Shown here: positions 63,081 to 64,000 of the stretch, piece by piece
Layout: each line of letters opens with the position of its first letter
How positions within the stretch are numbered: position 1 is the stretch's first letter
Assembly: GCA_951406725.2 (NCBI GenBank)
Contig: OX597825.1
Span: 11,036,001-11,100,000 of the forward strand
DNA length: 64,000 nucleotides
Reading direction: 5' to 3'
From: Octopus vulgaris
Taxonomy: Eukaryota
The notes under the pieces: generated by a model
Database searches by the model: none
Seen by the model: only the letters and a program-made list of their open reading frames with translations
What the model was told of the DNA's origin: nothing
Position numbers and translations under genes: made by a program

Positions 63081-64000
63081 ATAGGTTTGTGTATACGTGG
63101 ATATATTTATGTGTATACACATTTGTGTATGTATGTGTGTGTTGGCTGCCTTATGACCATGTTTTTTGTCCTTGTCCAAGAGTGGGGGTCTTATATTTTG
63201 TTGGTCTCATATGTTAAATATAAATAATCACCACACTCACCCACTTTCCTATCTACTATCTTTTGTCTGCACACGGATGCACACGCACATACACACGCAA
63301 GTTGGTAATACCTTGTCCAACATTTGCAAGATTTTTTGAGCTTAAAAAGTCTTAATGACATGTATCTGTCTATAATGTATGTGTGCGTGCACTTGTGTGT
63401 GAGTCTGTGTGTGCATGTGTACACGATTCTCTGTCTGTGTGTCTGCATCTTTTTTCTGTGTATATGTATAGTGTGTATATATGTATGTCTGTAGGTATAT
63501 ATTATATATCTATACATGACTGTATATATGCATGTATATATGTGTGTGTGTATAAATATATATATATATACACACACACACACATATGTGTAAATATATA
63601 GATATCAATAGGATGTGTTATAATACTATTCCACATATACAATAACAACCATAACAATATTATTTAATTCTATTTGATTATTTATTTAACTATTATTGTT
63701 ATTATTGTTTACCTGAGGAGTGACTATAATTTGTAATTAAATTGTTTTTCGATTGAATTTAAATTTAATTGTAATTTGAATTTAAATTATAGCCATGGAA
63801 TGTACGTAAGTTTGATTTTTAGTGCTCTCAAACTTAAATTTAATGAAATCTTGTGCTGATGAAAAGAATATTGGAATAGGGTTGTATTTCTAGCATCTCT
63901 ATATCCAGTTAACCCAGAAACGCATTCACAAGTGATGAATCTTTCAAGTGAACTTTCGTTATTTTTCCCTCTATACCGGCGTGAAATGTTTTTGAGTATA

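Overview
AT-rich eukaryotic, repeat-dominated DNA. The repeat families and microsatellite load look like an Octopus (coleoid cephalopod) genome; this is recognition from memory, not a database search. The window is largely intronic or intergenic. Almost all listed ORFs are microsatellite or repeat artefacts, and there is only one plausible host exon (30518-30633). It contains four SINE/retroposon families, RTE and CR1 LINE fragments, a full-length decayed mariner, a Tc1/maT remnant, a Helitron nested in a SINE, and several MITEs and foldbacks. The most notable signal is eight minimal type-I hammerhead ribozyme motifs in at least three unrelated short non-coding elements. One is a 360-nt monomer inserted twice, head-to-head, in a (TA)n tract with two different circular permutations, which suggests a circular-RNA (retrozyme-like) template. 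Another is a family combining a tRNA-derived Pol III head with a hammerhead. A likely Penelope-like ORF start lies nearby. Coordinates of old repeats are approximate.
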